Shown here in pieces: positions 1 to 8,312 of a stretch of 64,000 bases of DNA. This DNA is from a virus: positions 32,001 through 96,000 of the IMG/VR virus record IMGVR_UViG_3300005617_000028. One strand, written 5' to 3'. Made by a program: the position numbers and the translations under genes. Under the pieces are notes generated by a model that was not told the DNA's origin, did no database searches, and saw only the letters and a list, made by a program, of their open reading frames with translations. Position 1 is the stretch's first letter. Each line of letters begins with the position of its first letter.

Positions 1-363
1 CTGGTCTGCCTGGTTGGGCACGATGGCCCCCGCTCTGGGCCAGCCGGCAACGAGCGCTTCGCCCTGCTCGCCAGCGTGGCACGTGGTGCCCTTGCCCGCC
101 GAATAGGCGTAGGACCGCGAACAGAGCAGGCAGAAGATCGGGTAGAAGCCGACCAGGTTCTCCACGCCCAGGGTCATGTTGTCCAAAGCGACCTCTGGGT
201 CTTCGATGTGGTACACCGCTGCCGTCGACCATAGGTGCTGCTCGCCCGGCGCCCGCGGCCCCAGCCGGGCCGCCAGTTCGCGCATGTCGACCAGCCTGGT
301 GTCGCTCATGTCGACGTCCTGCTCCGGCCCGACGAACACCTTTGGCTGTTGATCACTGACCAC
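1..363 (-). CDS. Hypothetical protein (runs off window start)
   Basis: Open frame from GTG at 363 (VVSDQQPKVFVGPEQ...FCLLC) to the window edge. Confidence 0.55.
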   Translation of the reverse strand, partial: MVSDQQPKVFVGPEQDVDMSDTRLVDMRELAARLGPRAPGEQHLWSTAAVYHIEDPEVALDNMTLGVENLVGFYPIFCLLCSRSYAYSAGKGTTCHAGEQGEALVAGWPRAGAIVPNQADQ

Positions 364-441
364 GTTCTCACCCCCCGCACCTGTACCCGGCTTGGTGGAT
401 CAACGAGTGCCCGGACGGTGGGTCACGGCGCCATCAGTACC

Positions 442-816
442 TCACAAACCAGGGCCCATGACGCGGTCATACTCCGTTGACATTCGCTTCAGCTGTTGGG
501 CCTCCGCGGCGTCACGAGCCGCGTCCAAGGCGACCAGTACTGGATCTAATGTGTACTCGCCGAGTTTGATGGCTGGGCTGCAGAAGGCACAGGGCCTCGG
601 GTTAGCTGCCCGGAGTACCGCGAGTGTTGGGGCCGCTTCAATGCGTCGGCGTTCGCTGCGTGGTCCGCGCCGAAGATGGCCACACCCCGTGCGATGCAGC
701 CGGCCCCGCTCCAACTTGGTGGCGTCGTCACCCATAGCCGCGAGGTAGGTGACCACAATGCCCTCTGGCAGAGAGACGACGATGTTGGTTGGGTCAAACT
801 GGGGGTTGGGCTTCAT
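442..816 (-). CDS. Hypothetical protein with putative Zn-binding H-x3-C...C-x2-C (Ada-like) motif
   Basis: LHRTGCGHL...PCAFCSP; ATGA overlap with the stop of the upstream gene at 813-816. Confidence 0.65.
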   Translation of the reverse strand: MKPNPQFDPTNIVVSLPEGIVVTYLAAMGDDATKLERGRLHRTGCGHLRRGPRSERRRIEAAPTLAVLRAANPRPCAFCSPAIKLGEYTLDPVLVALDAARDAAEAQQLKRMSTEYDRVMGPGL

Positions 817-1358
817 GATCGAGCGCGGGCGAGTACGGCCGCCACGTCGACACCCGGCTTGCACGACCCGCAGTCCACCGGAGGTCGTCGCCGTCGCAGG
901 AGCTGCCTGTTTGGTGTCGCGGTGATGTACCAGCATCGGTCAGTGGCCTGACGGCCTGTGTATGACTCAATACGGTGCAGGTGGCCACAGGAGGCGCGAT
1001 GAAACTTAGCGGCCTCAATGACGTTCCCAGGCCCGACCCGGTAGGCCAGACTGACGCCGGTGGGCAGAGGTACGCCCAGCTGTCTCGAAAGCTCCTCTTC
1101 CGGCAGAGGCGCAGCTCCCGCCCAGGGATCGCCTGTTACTAGCTCCCACGCCATGACCAGTGTTTCGTGCCGCAGTACTTCAGTGAGTCCTGCAATGGCG
1201 ATGCCGAGCCCCGCCCCAGGATCGCTGCCAGGCGTGCGGGCCTCCAGCGCCGCCTTGTTGATCGCGTCAACCTCAGAAACCTTGTCTTCAATCGCACGGG
1301 CGAGCCGCTGTATGCCCCCCAGGTGGTGGCCCGTGGTCGGTCGCTTCTCAGTAGCCAT
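813..1358 (-). CDS. Hypothetical two-domain protein (N-domain paralogous to 3669..3941, C-domain paralogous to 442..816)
   Basis: ETLVMAWELVTGDPWAG and FHRASCGHL...CGSCKP motifs. Confidence 0.65.
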   Translation of the reverse strand: MATEKRPTTGHHLGGIQRLARAIEDKVSEVDAINKAALEARTPGSDPGAGLGIAIAGLTEVLRHETLVMAWELVTGDPWAGAAPLPEEELSRQLGVPLPTGVSLAYRVGPGNVIEAAKFHRASCGHLHRIESYTGRQATDRCWYITATPNRQLLRRRRPPVDCGSCKPGVDVAAVLARARS

Positions 1359-1451
1359 ATATAGGCCGACTGTCGGGAACGGGCGAGATGTCCATAGTTC
1401 ATGATGCTAGACAGCGGGTGATCACTGGCACCATCGGCCAACCGGATGAAG

Positions 1452-1763
1452 ACCCGCAGGTCAAGGCACCTTTCGAGAATATCAAGCCCACAACCGAGGG
1501 TGCGTTGAACACCGGGAGGCCGCTGCCTGATAGCGCGCCCGGCAGGATTCGAACCTGCGACCAATGGATTAGAAGTCCATTGCTCTATCCGCTGAGCTAC
1601 GGGCGCCTGAGAGGACAGTAGGTCATCGATATACTAACCAACCCGCCCCTATCGGGCGAACAGCTAACTCTACCTAGGCCGAACGGATGTCTTGTCCCCT
1701 CGCCTGTCCCCAACCTTGAGCCATCGCTGCCCGTCAGTGTTAAATAGGCTCTGACCTGCGGGT
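1452..1763. repeat. 12-bp inverted repeat flanking the tRNA (ACCCGCAGGTCA 1452-1463 / TGACCTGCGGGT 1752-1763); candidate recombination accessory or arm-type sites
   Basis: Exact reverse complements; role inferred from position near the integrase. Confidence 0.6.
1534..1606 (-). tRNA. trnR: tRNA-Arg (anticodon TCT), CCA not encoded
   Basis: GCGCCCGTAGCTCAGCGGATAGAGCAATGGACTTCTAATCCATTGGTCGCAGGTTCGAATCCTGCCGGGCGCG: full cloverleaf, GTTCGAATC T-loop, anticodon loop CTTCTAA. Confidence 0.97.
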
Positions 1764-1789
1764 TTGTGGCCAGTTTGGACATGACTGAA

Positions 1790-1801
1790 GGATTAGAAGT
1801 C
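1790..1801. other. Candidate att core: 12-bp copy of the tRNA anticodon arm
   Basis: GGATTAGAAGTC identical to 1566-1577 and containing the 7-nt anticodon loop; about 200 bp upstream of int. Confidence 0.65.
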
Positions 1802-2003
1802 GTGTTAAGGTAACGCAGTGTGACCGGACAAAATGGGGCAAGACGTTACGAACTCCCATTGATTAACGTGCGTGCGCTACGTAGGGTTACGGCGTTTTAC
1901 CCCCTTTTCCACCGACTGTCTCCGCCTGCCCCCTCGACAGGGGACGGTGAACGTGGGTATGGTCCACCCCCGTTCCACCGAGCAGGTGTGTGAGGCGTAA
2001 CCC

Positions 2004-3284
2004 ATGGCATCCATCGAAAAGCGCGGTTCTTCTTTCCGGGTCGTCTGGCGGCATAACAGCGCCAAGCAGTCCACGACATGGCCCAATGAAAGACTTGCGT
2101 GGCAGGCCCGGCGGCTGGTTGAGGGCCGTGAGCACCGCGTCACGCCCGATGAGGTCTACGAGATCGTCGGCGGTGTTGAGATTGCTCCGCGCCGGCAGTC
2201 GGTTCTCACCTTTCGGACGTGGAGCGAGATGTGGATGGCCGCTCTGGTACGGCCCGGGGATTCCACCCGAGCCAACTACCAGGCGCAACTCGACCGGCAG
2301 ATACTGCCCGCCATCGGCGAGCTTGCCTTGGTAGACGTTGACGCCATCGCTGTGGCGACGCTGGTCAACAGCCTCAAGGTCAAATTTGCCAACACCACCG
2401 TCACCCGCTACTACGCCGTGCTGTTCCAATGCCTGAATTTCGCGGTCAAGATGGGCAAGATACCCGTCAACCCGTGCTACCAGATCAACTTCAGGCGGGA
2501 CGAACCCGACCAGCTCGACACCAGCGATGAAGATGACGACCACGTCTACCTGACGCTCCAGGAGTACGAACAGATCCTGTCCAACATCCACCCGGCCGAT
2601 CGACCCCTCGTGGAATTCCTGGCCGGGACCGGTTGCCGGATCTCTGAGGCCACCGCGGTAACCGTCTCGGCAATTCGCCTCCACGGCATCGGGCCGCAGG
2701 ATCCAGCTCCCGTCGTGCGTATCCAACAGACTCACAAAGGCGACGGGTCGGGCGGCCGCCGGGTACTGGGTATCCCCAAGGGACGCCGCCGCCGGTGGGT
2801 ATCACTCGGCCAACGTGTCCTTGAGGCCATCGCGCCCGTGCACACTGATCGGAACCCGACAGAATTCCTGTTCACCGCCACAAGGGGCGGCCCCATCAAC
2901 GCCGACAACTGGCGGAATCGGGTCTGGGACAAGGCAGTCGGCGAAGCCCGTCGGTGTCCGCAACACCCTCCCGCACTGCCGCCCCAACCAGTGCGTGGCC
3001 CTCGCCGCCAATGGACCCCCGATGAGGTTTCCACCTGCAACTGCCCCGGCGTCTTGTCACGCCGTCCAACACCCCACGACCTCAGACACTCACACGCCTG
3101 CTGGTTGCTGTCTGAGGGCCACGACCTGCTGTTCGTGTCACGCCGGCTTGGGCATGCCAGCGTCAGCCTGACCGAGCGGGTCTACGGTGGTATCACCCGT
3201 CAGCGTGATAATGAGGCAGCCACGCTGATAGACCGCGCAATGGGAGCTGGGACGCGGCAACGGCGCCTCCTCAGCTCGGTATAG
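2004..3284 (+). CDS. int: Tyrosine integrase
   Basis: N-terminal arm-binding-like MASIEKRGSSFRVVWR; catalytic motifs TGCRISE, HDLRHSHA, LGHAS...RVYG. Confidence 0.95.
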   Translation: MASIEKRGSSFRVVWRHNSAKQSTTWPNERLAWQARRLVEGREHRVTPDEVYEIVGGVEIAPRRQSVLTFRTWSEMWMAALVRPGDSTRANYQAQLDRQILPAIGELALVDVDAIAVATLVNSLKVKFANTTVTRYYAVLFQCLNFAVKMGKIPVNPCYQINFRRDEPDQLDTSDEDDDHVYLTLQEYEQILSNIHPADRPLVEFLAGTGCRISEATAVTVSAIRLHGIGPQDPAPVVRIQQTHKGDGSGGRRVLGIPKGRRRRWVSLGQRVLEAIAPVHTDRNPTEFLFTATRGGPINADNWRNRVWDKAVGEARRCPQHPPALPPQPVRGPRRQWTPDEVSTCNCPGVLSRRPTPHDLRHSHACWLLSEGHDLLFVSRRLGHASVSLTERVYGGITRQRDNEAATLIDRAMGAGTRQRRLLSSV

Positions 3285-3332
3285 ACCGGGGAAGGACCCG
3301 GAGCCAGCGGTGAGGAGAACCACCCGGTGGAA

Positions 3333-3581
3333 ATGCCCAAGCTCTACACCCTGGCCGAGGTCGCGCAGAACACCGGGCTGTCCCTGCGGGCACTCGCCGA
3401 CGGCGCCCGCGCAGGCAAGTTCGCCCACGTCCACCAGGGCGGGCACCGCTACATGACCATCGAGCAGGTCCACCAGCTAATCCAGGTATCCACAGTGACA
3501 CCGGACCCCATCCCCGACGACCTGGCGCCGCTGCGCCGGCGGTTGATGCAACGGAGCTTGCGCAACCAGGCCGGGGGATAA
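3333..3581 (+). CDS. xis: Excisionase-like HTH protein
   Basis: KLYTLAEVAQNTGLSLRALADGARAGKF winged-HTH pattern directly downstream of int. Confidence 0.75.
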   Translation: MPKLYTLAEVAQNTGLSLRALADGARAGKFAHVHQGGHRYMTIEQVHQLIQVSTVTPDPIPDDLAPLRRRLMQRSLRNQAGG

Positions 3582-3668
3582 GGCAGCGGGTCGGCATGGC
3601 CGTTTAGCGAAATGTCCCCTACCTGGCGGTTGATGACCGGGGGTGGCTGGACCCGTAATCTGAGGATC

Positions 3669-3941
3669 ATGAAACACCCCCTGGTGGAGGGCCTTGAGCC
3701 CGCTCACGTCCTGGACGAAACGTCGCCGGTTGTTATGGCGCTCGTGTCCGCCATCGAGAAGTGGGCCGCGGAGATCGAGTTGATCCGCGTGCAGCGGGAG
3801 GAATCACTTTCCTCGGTCATCGTTTACCTTCGCCGGCTCGATGCTGAGCGCGATGGGCTCATCATCGCCTGGGAGATCATGACGGGCCGAGAGTGGGAAG
3901 GCCCGAGCCCGGACATCGCCCCGCACCCGCGGACCGGCTGA
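3669..3941 (+). CDS. Hypothetical protein (paralog of the 813..1358 N-domain)
   Basis: LVSAIEKWAAEIE...GLIIAWEIMTGREWEG; GAGG RBS. Confidence 0.6.
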   Translation: MKHPLVEGLEPAHVLDETSPVVMALVSAIEKWAAEIELIRVQREESLSSVIVYLRRLDAERDGLIIAWEIMTGREWEGPSPDIAPHPRTG

Positions 3942-4066
3942 AACTGTACGGAAGGATCTAGCCCTCGGGAAACCGCTGCCGGGTCTGCTGATTCATGCCG
4001 CGATTCTCCTCGGGGTCGGAGATCTCCTCCGACACCACACCGACCCGACAGCGGCCGACAGTTTCA
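3939..4066 (-). ncRNA. Candidate structured RNA element (about 128 nt)
   Basis: Nested stems TGAAACTGT/ACAGTTTCA, CCGCTGCCGGGTC/GACCCGACAGCGG (the mismatch is G-U on the minus strand), GTCGGAG/CTCCGAC. Confidence 0.45.
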
Positions 4067-4127
4067 ACGAGCACGGTCCGCGTGGGGATACCGGTTTTGT
4101 CTGATCTGAGCTGCTACGGTCCGACTC

Positions 4128-4550
4128 ATGGACGGGGAGTGGGTGGATCCGGGGACGGTACCGGCTGTCGAGCTGGCGGTGGCTGATCGGAACTGGGCTA
4201 TCGCGCAGTTGGTTGTGGACAGCCTGGTGCGGGACCTCAAACAACACCGCGCCACCGGGTGTACCGAATGGACGTGCCCGGGAACAGCCGGGCGGGTTCT
4301 GGTGGAGATGGACGACGCCCAGGTCCACATGCTCGCGCGGGCCGCGCTGGAAATGCTTGCCCGACCGCTGGCGACGTTGTGGACCGGCGTCAAGAATCCG
4401 GACTGTATCTGCGAGTGGGAACCTGATCCTGCCGGTGGGTTCGCGATGACCTGGATCGATCCGACCTGTCCGCTGCACGGTCGTGGGCAGCCAGCCGACT
4501 TCTGGACGCTATCGGGCGGCCGGGTGGGTCAGCGCACCAGCTCCCACTGA
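4128..4550 (+). CDS. Hypothetical protein, Cys-rich C-terminus
   Basis: 140-aa ORF; PDCICEW...DPTCPLHG. Confidence 0.55.
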   Translation: MDGEWVDPGTVPAVELAVADRNWAIAQLVVDSLVRDLKQHRATGCTEWTCPGTAGRVLVEMDDAQVHMLARAALEMLARPLATLWTGVKNPDCICEWEPDPAGGFAMTWIDPTCPLHGRGQPADFWTLSGGRVGQRTSSH

Positions 4551-5179
4551 AGGCAGCAGCGGCCATCCTTCGTCTGGTGGACGCAGCGGATCAGCCCGTG
4601 CCGGGCCATGTCCCGAACGACGTACCGGACCGGTGTCAGCATCACCGGCGTGGCGCCGACCTCCCGCCACAGATCCATGATCGAAAACCCATCCGTGGTG
4701 GGCCGCTGCTCAATCCACTCCACCACCCGTTCGTACCGGGCGAACTGCTTACTCATCCGCGCCGCCTCGCTGAGGTGAGGCACCACGGTAACGCCGCAGG
4801 CGTAGCAATGCGTCTGCTGGTACAACCCAGCCCGGAAAGTGTGTGGTTTCTCGTCCGTCCCGAGCACGTCGCGAAGGTGCTTCTCATACGACTCGACGGC
4901 GTCGGCCGCCTGGGTCATGTTCCAGGCTCCGTCCACACCGAGGAGAAGGGCGATCCCGGGTTGGTGGTCGCCGGGGTCGTAGGTGTCCGCGTTGTTCCAC
5001 ACCTCGTACAGGTGCATGAGCGCCCGGACCGCGTCCAGGGACATCCCCATGGACCGTTGATCATGGCGGGTGAGAATGTCGGCCAGGAGGCGGACCATCG
5101 GTGAGTTGCGGCTGTGCAGCTTGCCGGTGTGTTTGTCGAGCAGATCGATCAGGTCCTGCGGTATCTCGTCTGGTGTCAT
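4529..5179 (-). CDS. Hypothetical protein
   Basis: 216-aa ORF with GAGG RBS and normal composition. Confidence 0.6.
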   Translation of the reverse strand: MTPDEIPQDLIDLLDKHTGKLHSRNSPMVRLLADILTRHDQRSMGMSLDAVRALMHLYEVWNNADTYDPGDHQPGIALLLGVDGAWNMTQAADAVESYEKHLRDVLGTDEKPHTFRAGLYQQTHCYACGVTVVPHLSEAARMSKQFARYERVVEWIEQRPTTDGFSIMDLWREVGATPVMLTPVRYVVRDMARHGLIRCVHQTKDGRCCLQWELVR

Positions 5180-5191
5180 AGCCGCTGAACC

Positions 5192-5554
5192 TCAGTGCCC
5201 AGTGGGCGTACCGGTGTCCGCGTGGAGGCGGTAGTCGGCCAGCAGGTCGTCGAGCGCCGTGCCGTAGTGGTTGTAGGGGGCGTACCGCTCCCGCATCCGC
5301 ATGATCCACTGCTCGACCGGATCGCCGCGGCGGGCGTCGGCCTTGATCGCCTCCTGCAGCGACCACATCTGCGCGTTGTCCAGTCCGTCCGGGTGGTCGT
5401 CACGACTCAGGTACCACTCGTATGCCTTGGCGACCTGCGCCCAGACATCGAGGCCGGTCGCGTAGCCGTCGGCGGCCAGCGCCGCGTCGTTCAGGACTGG
5501 CAGGGGCGTGTCGCCTGCGTCGGCGGCGTATTCCTCCGGCGAGACTGGCTTCAT
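5192..5554 (-). CDS. Hypothetical protein
   Basis: 120-aa ORF, AGGAG RBS. Confidence 0.6.
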   Translation of the reverse strand: MKPVSPEEYAADAGDTPLPVLNDAALAADGYATGLDVWAQVAKAYEWYLSRDDHPDGLDNAQMWSLQEAIKADARRGDPVEQWIMRMRERYAPYNHYGTALDDLLADYRLHADTGTPTGH

Positions 5555-5626
5555 CGCTGACGCTCCTTGACAGTTGATGTATCAATCCCCTGATGCCAAC
5601 TACCGGCGCGACGGGCCCTGTTGCGT

Positions 5627-6163
5627 TCAGGGGGCCAATGGGCGGAGCCGGCGGATGTAGGACGGCTGCCAGCTGATTCCGATGACCGCGCCCTCGGCGT
5701 TGACCGCCGTGTCGTACTGGGACAGCCACATCAGCGAGTACGGCTCAGCCGGCTTGCCGGCCGCGCTAGCGGAGTCCGCAGACGGTACCCACCCGCCGCA
5801 GTCGCAGCCGGGCTTGTCGCAGGACAGCACGCTCACGTCGAACGCCGTGCTCCGGTAGTGGCTCATCTGGCCCGATGCCATCGGGCAGGCCGCCGCGGAG
5901 TACCGGGCGCACTCCGGGTGCATGGCGGGCTCACGGCTCCAGCCCGCCTCAAGCTCGCTGGGCGTCACCAGCGCCACGCACGGCTGCTCCAGGCGCTGAC
6001 CGTCGATCTGGCAGCGCTGGTCGACCACACAGGCGTTTCGCCGGCTGGTGTGGACGTGGCCGAGGACATGGCGGCCGTCGCCGGAGGCCACCGAGATGTA
6101 CGGCACCACCAGGCCGCCGCTCAGTGGCCGGCCGAGCAGGCGGGCGGGAATGTCCGGCATCAT
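5627..6163 (-). CDS. Conserved actinophage-type Cys/His protein
   Basis: GLVVPYI...RCQIDG...EPAMHPECARYSAAACP pattern. Confidence 0.65.
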   Translation of the reverse strand: MMPDIPARLLGRPLSGGLVVPYISVASGDGRHVLGHVHTSRRNACVVDQRCQIDGQRLEQPCVALVTPSELEAGWSREPAMHPECARYSAAACPMASGQMSHYRSTAFDVSVLSCDKPGCDCGGWVPSADSASAAGKPAEPYSLMWLSQYDTAVNAEGAVIGISWQPSYIRRLRPLAP

Positions 6164-6249
6164 CCAGGTATACCCGATCGGGTGAACCTGCACGTCAAAG
6201 GCGCGCGGAGCCGGTCTGAGCGAAAAAACGGAGGCCGGGCAGGTAGTTG

Positions 6250-6753
6250 CTGGTAGTGACGCGACAAGCAGGTCGCACACTCCACTGAGGACGCTGAACC
6301 GTGGACCCATGACCGTACGGCGCTGGCATCCGACAACTGCCCCGGCGGAACGCCGGTAATCAAACCCAAGGCCATCCGGTCCTGGACCCTCAGAAGGTCA
6401 CCTTTACCGGACACCCGAGCAACGGCGCAGTCGTGTAATGGCGAGCCCGGGGCGACACAGGTGGAAGAGACCTGTGGGCTGGAGACGAAAACGAACCGTC
6501 TCCAGTTCTTGACGCCGTTGCTGATCCCGGCCTCGCGGGCTGTGGTGTAACGGCCACAGCAGTCAGGTGAAGCAGCCTGACTGTGCCCGGTGTGACACGG
6601 CCTAAACGCGCCGAGTCAGCACTCTCTCCACCAAGCTCTATGGCATAGCCATGCCCAAGATCGAACCGGGGGGGGGTGTTCTCCAACCACTCAGCTCCCA
6701 GCGGCCAAGCCGAGGCAAGTCAAAAGCACAAGACACTCCACGGTTGGAGCGAA
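6250..6753 (+). ncRNA. Candidate large multi-domain structured ncRNA (about 500 nt)
   Basis: More than 12 nested stems in an intergenic gap, e.g. AGCAACGGCG/CGCCGTTGCT, CTGGAGACG/CGTCTCCAG, CAGTCAGG/CCTGACTG, CTCCAACC/GGTTGGAG; G-U pairs favour the + strand. Confidence 0.7.
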
Positions 6754-6791
6754 CTAATGGTGAACCATGCCCAAAACCGCGGCGGGCTGTG

Positions 6792-7253
6792 ATGGCTCTC
6801 ATCTCCGCTCGTGAGTTCCGGCAGCAGGTGGCCGCCTGGGCCATCAAGGGCCAACGCAAGTTCGAGGTTACCTGCCGGCAACGGTGTGGCCACGACCTCG
6901 TCGTCCGGCTCCGGGTCAACGGTGGCCTGAGCGAACTGGAGCAGGCGGAAAGCCAGCGGTGCGCTCAGTGTTCGGAGCCGGATCCGTTGGGACGCGAGGT
7001 GGTCTATGGGCGGGCCTACGAGGAGGCCAACGCCCGCGCCGCGGAAGCCGGCTTCCCCGCGCTGACCGGTACGCGCAAACAGGTTGGCTGGGCGAACGTG
7101 CTGCGGCTGCGGGCGGTGCGGCTTCATGGCCTTGACGCCATCAAAGACAGCGTGATGGACCGGAAGGAAGCCACCTGGTGGATCGCCCACCGCGACCGCC
7201 TCCGGGATCTGGTTCCGCCGGCGTGGGCGACCGAGTCAGCGGGTCAGCGGTGA
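6792..7253 (+). CDS. Conserved MGE hypothetical protein
   Basis: FPALTGTRKQVGWA...ATWWIAHRD motif typical of a phage/plasmid family. Confidence 0.65.
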   Translation: MALISAREFRQQVAAWAIKGQRKFEVTCRQRCGHDLVVRLRVNGGLSELEQAESQRCAQCSEPDPLGREVVYGRAYEEANARAAEAGFPALTGTRKQVGWANVLRLRAVRLHGLDAIKDSVMDRKEATWWIAHRDRLRDLVPPAWATESAGQR

Positions 7254-7476
7254 AAGCGGCGGCTGTGCGCACAGCGGTGGGCCGGGTCGGTACCGCGATG
7301 GTCACCAGGCACGCGGACCGCCCAGCGGTGAAGCAGACGGCGGATCGGCTGTGCCCGGTGTGTTTCCAGTTCGCTGGTCTGCCGTGTCGGCGCATTGTGT
7401 CCGCGCCCGGCGCTCGAAAGCTCCGGTTCCGCGGGCAGCTGCTGGAGGTTCACCCTGAGCGGTTGGGAGGTCAGCG

Positions 7477-7716
7477 GTGATCACGCATCCGGCCGCGCCC
7501 GATGTCCGGCCCCACCGGAGCGCGTCGGCGCCCGGTCAGGAGATCACCATCCACACGGACGGCAGGGTCCTGGTGTGGCGCCAGATCGGCTGGCACGGCG
7601 GCTCCGGCGCGTTCTACGCCCTCGGCGAGGACCCGTCGCGGTTTGAGCGGGGCTCGTTCCGGCCGCTGTGGATTCTGGCGGACAACGAGCTGGACGAGTC
7701 TGACGTGTTCGGATGA
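7477..7716 (+). CDS. Hypothetical protein
   Basis: GGAGG RBS, GTGA/ATGA overlaps on both sides. Confidence 0.55.
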   Translation: MITHPAAPDVRPHRSASAPGQEITIHTDGRVLVWRQIGWHGGSGAFYALGEDPSRFERGSFRPLWILADNELDESDVFG

Positions 7717-7955
7717 AGATCAGGGGTGTGGAGATCAACGTGACCGTGAAACTGCCCAAGCCGGATCTGGCGTTTGTCGACCGGTACGCCGCCGCCCGCG
7801 GGCTGACCCGCTCGACGGCGGTGCAACACGCGGTCGCGCAGCTCCGCACCGTCGAGCTGGCCGGCGAATACGAGACAGCGTTCACCGAGTGGCGAGATTC
7901 GGGTGAGGCGGCGGCGTGGGATGCCGTGGTGGCGGACGGGCTGGCCGGCTCATGA
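7713..7955 (+). CDS. mazE: RHH antitoxin, MazE9-like
   Basis: INVTVKLP...TRSTAVQHAV...EYETAFTEW...WDAVVADGL resembles mycobacterial MazE9; overlaps toxin start. Confidence 0.85.
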   Translation: MKIRGVEINVTVKLPKPDLAFVDRYAAARGLTRSTAVQHAVAQLRTVELAGEYETAFTEWRDSGEAAAWDAVVADGLAGS

Positions 7956-8302
7956 TGGCCCGAGGAACGGTCTGGCTGGCCGCGCTGCCGGCGGGCGCCG
8001 ACGGCGAACAGAGCCAGATGCGGTCCGTGGTGGTGGTCAGCAACGAGGCGGCCAACGGCACAGCGCAGCGGCTGGGCCGCGGTGCCGTGAGCGTGGTTCC
8101 GCTCAGCCCGGACGTGGACCACGTGATGTCCTTTCATGTGCTCCTGGACGCCGGGACGGTCGGGCTGCCGTACGCCACCAAGGCGCAGGCGGAGCAGGTC
8201 CGCACCGTCGAGGTGAGCCGGTTGCTGCGGCGGCTGGGCGCATTGACGCCGGCGGCCCGGCTGCAGCTGGACGCGGCCCTGCGGCTGCACCTGGGCCTGT
8301 AG
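7952..8302 (+). CDS. mazF: PemK/MazF family endoribonuclease toxin (MazF9-like)
   Basis: RGTVWL...RSVVVVSN...RLGRG..SVVPL...KAQAEQVRTV...LDAALRLHLGL. Confidence 0.9.
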   Translation: MMARGTVWLAALPAGADGEQSQMRSVVVVSNEAANGTAQRLGRGAVSVVPLSPDVDHVMSFHVLLDAGTVGLPYATKAQAEQVRTVEVSRLLRRLGALTPAARLQLDAALRLHLGL

Positions 8303-8312
8303 GGGCCGAGCT

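Noticed and set aside
1534-1606. tRNA as a classical attL with host DNA on the left
   Set aside because: Integrase is on the tRNA 5' side, left-hand genes are paralogs of element genes and no 3'-half duplicate occurs in the window; not fully excluded without flanking sequence
6618-6680. Permuted tmRNA (CTCTCCACCA followed by a G-run giving a G3-U pair)
   Set aside because: No T-arm (TTCRA) before the putative acceptor end and no recognisable tag ORF; better read as an internal G-U-rich stem
6651-6791. N-terminal extension of ORF 6651..7253
   Set aside because: Low-complexity translation overlapping the structured segment; the protein-like sequence begins near 6789-6792
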